Shown: positions 48,290 to 49,032 of the stretch, piece after piece
Layout: each line of letters opens with the position of its first letter
Numbering within the stretch: the stretch's first letter is position 1
Origin: Novosphingobium sp.
GTDB lineage: Bacteria; Pseudomonadota; Alphaproteobacteria; Sphingomonadales; Sphingomonadaceae
NCBI GenBank assembly: GCA_031414115.1
Contig: JANOGS010000218.1
Location: forward strand, 1 to 49,032
Reading direction: 5' to 3'
Length of the DNA: 49,032 nucleotides
Made by a program: the position numbers and the translations under genes
The notes under the pieces: model-generated
Told to the model about the DNA's origin: nothing
The model's input: only the letters and a program-made list of their open reading frames with translations
Database searches by the model: none

Positions 48290-49032
48290 TCAGGCTGGAG
48301 GAAGATGCGGCGCGGCATCCTCGCCGTGGCGGGTCTTCCACAGCGAGTAGAGCACCCCGCCAGCAATCAATGCCGAGGTCACCCCCAGGCTCAGCGCCGG
48401 CGGGAACTTTTCACCGCCGAGCACGAAGTCGGCGACGAAGATCTTGGTGCCGATAAACACCAGCACCGCAGCCAGCGCATACTTGAGGTAATAGAAGCGG
48501 TGGACCATCGCCGCGAGCGCGAAGTAGAGCGCGCGCAGGCCAAGGATCGCCATGATGTTGCTGGTGTAGACGATGAAGGTGTCGGTGGTGATCGCGAAGA
48601 TCGCCGGCACCGAATCGACCGCGAAGACCAGATCAGCCAGGTTGATGACGACCAGCGCCAGGAACAGCGGGGTCGCCGCCCGGACCATCTTGCCGGTCTT
48701 CTCGTCGGGCACCTTCACGAAGAAGTGCTGGTCGTGGAGCTCCTTGGTCACCCGCATGTGGCCAGAAATCCACTTCACCACCGGGTTCTTGGCAATATCC
48801 GGGGCGTGATCACCGGCGAAGAACATCTTGATCCCGGTGAACACCAGGAACGCGGCGAAGATATAGAGCACCCAATAGGCCTGCTCGACCAATGCCGCGC
48901 CTGCTGCGATCATTATCCCGCGCAGCACGATCACCGCCAGGATTCCCCACAGCAGGTCGCGGTACTGGTACTTGGTCGGGATCGCGAAGTAGCTGAAATT
49001 CAGGCTGATCACGAAGACATTGTCGATCGACA
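48290..49032 (-). CDS. TerC/Alx-family membrane protein (5'-truncated by window edge)
   Basis: SIDNVFV, WGIL..LRG, ATPLFLAL, DLVFAVDSVPAI, YTSNIMAILGLRALYF, YLKYALA. Confidence 0.93.
   Translation of the reverse strand, partial: SIDNVFVISLNFSYFAIPTKYQYRDLLWGILAVIVLRGIMIAAGAALVEQAYWVLYIFAAFLVFTGIKMFFAGDHAPDIAKNPVVKWISGHMRVTKELHDQHFFVKVPDEKTGKMVRAATPLFLALVVINLADLVFAVDSVPAIFAITTDTFIVYTSNIMAILGLRALYFALAAMVHRFYYLKYALAAVLVFIGTKIFVADFVLGGEKFPPALSLGVTSALIAGGVLYSLWKTRHGEDAAPHLPPA

Overview
GC-rich alphaproteobacterial chromosomal window. Gene content and repeat style suggest Sphingomonadales (Novosphingobium/Erythrobacter-like); this is inference. It holds about 45 mostly housekeeping or catabolic CDSs: pyk (partial), a TonB-dependent receptor, yggS, ftsK, two flavoproteins, Lrp-ald, three peptidases, an EF-hand protein with an OmpR-type two-component system, a HerA-like ATPase, a pabB-pabC fusion, RluA-arfB, a six-gene acyl-CoA catabolic operon with Mcd/Mct/Meh-like enzymes, a sahR-metF-split metH operon, recQ and terC (partial). 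Two type II toxin-antitoxin pairs are also present. No rRNA, tRNA, CRISPR array, transposase or integrase was recognised. The most unusual signal is a family of three ~146-bp symmetric intergenic elements. Each has inverted arms of three tandem octamers and inner 3-nt-loop mini-hairpins placed 42-43 bp from each end, and each abuts a start codon. Other highlights: two further palindromic repeat types; an alphaproteobacterial LexA box between a Doc toxin-antitoxin promoter and a VOC gene; four clustered GANTC sites upstream of ftsK; a perfect 20-bp operator upstream of the catabolic operon; and an in-frame TAG in metH, possibly a sequence error. Family assignments come from motif recognition by eye, with no database searches.
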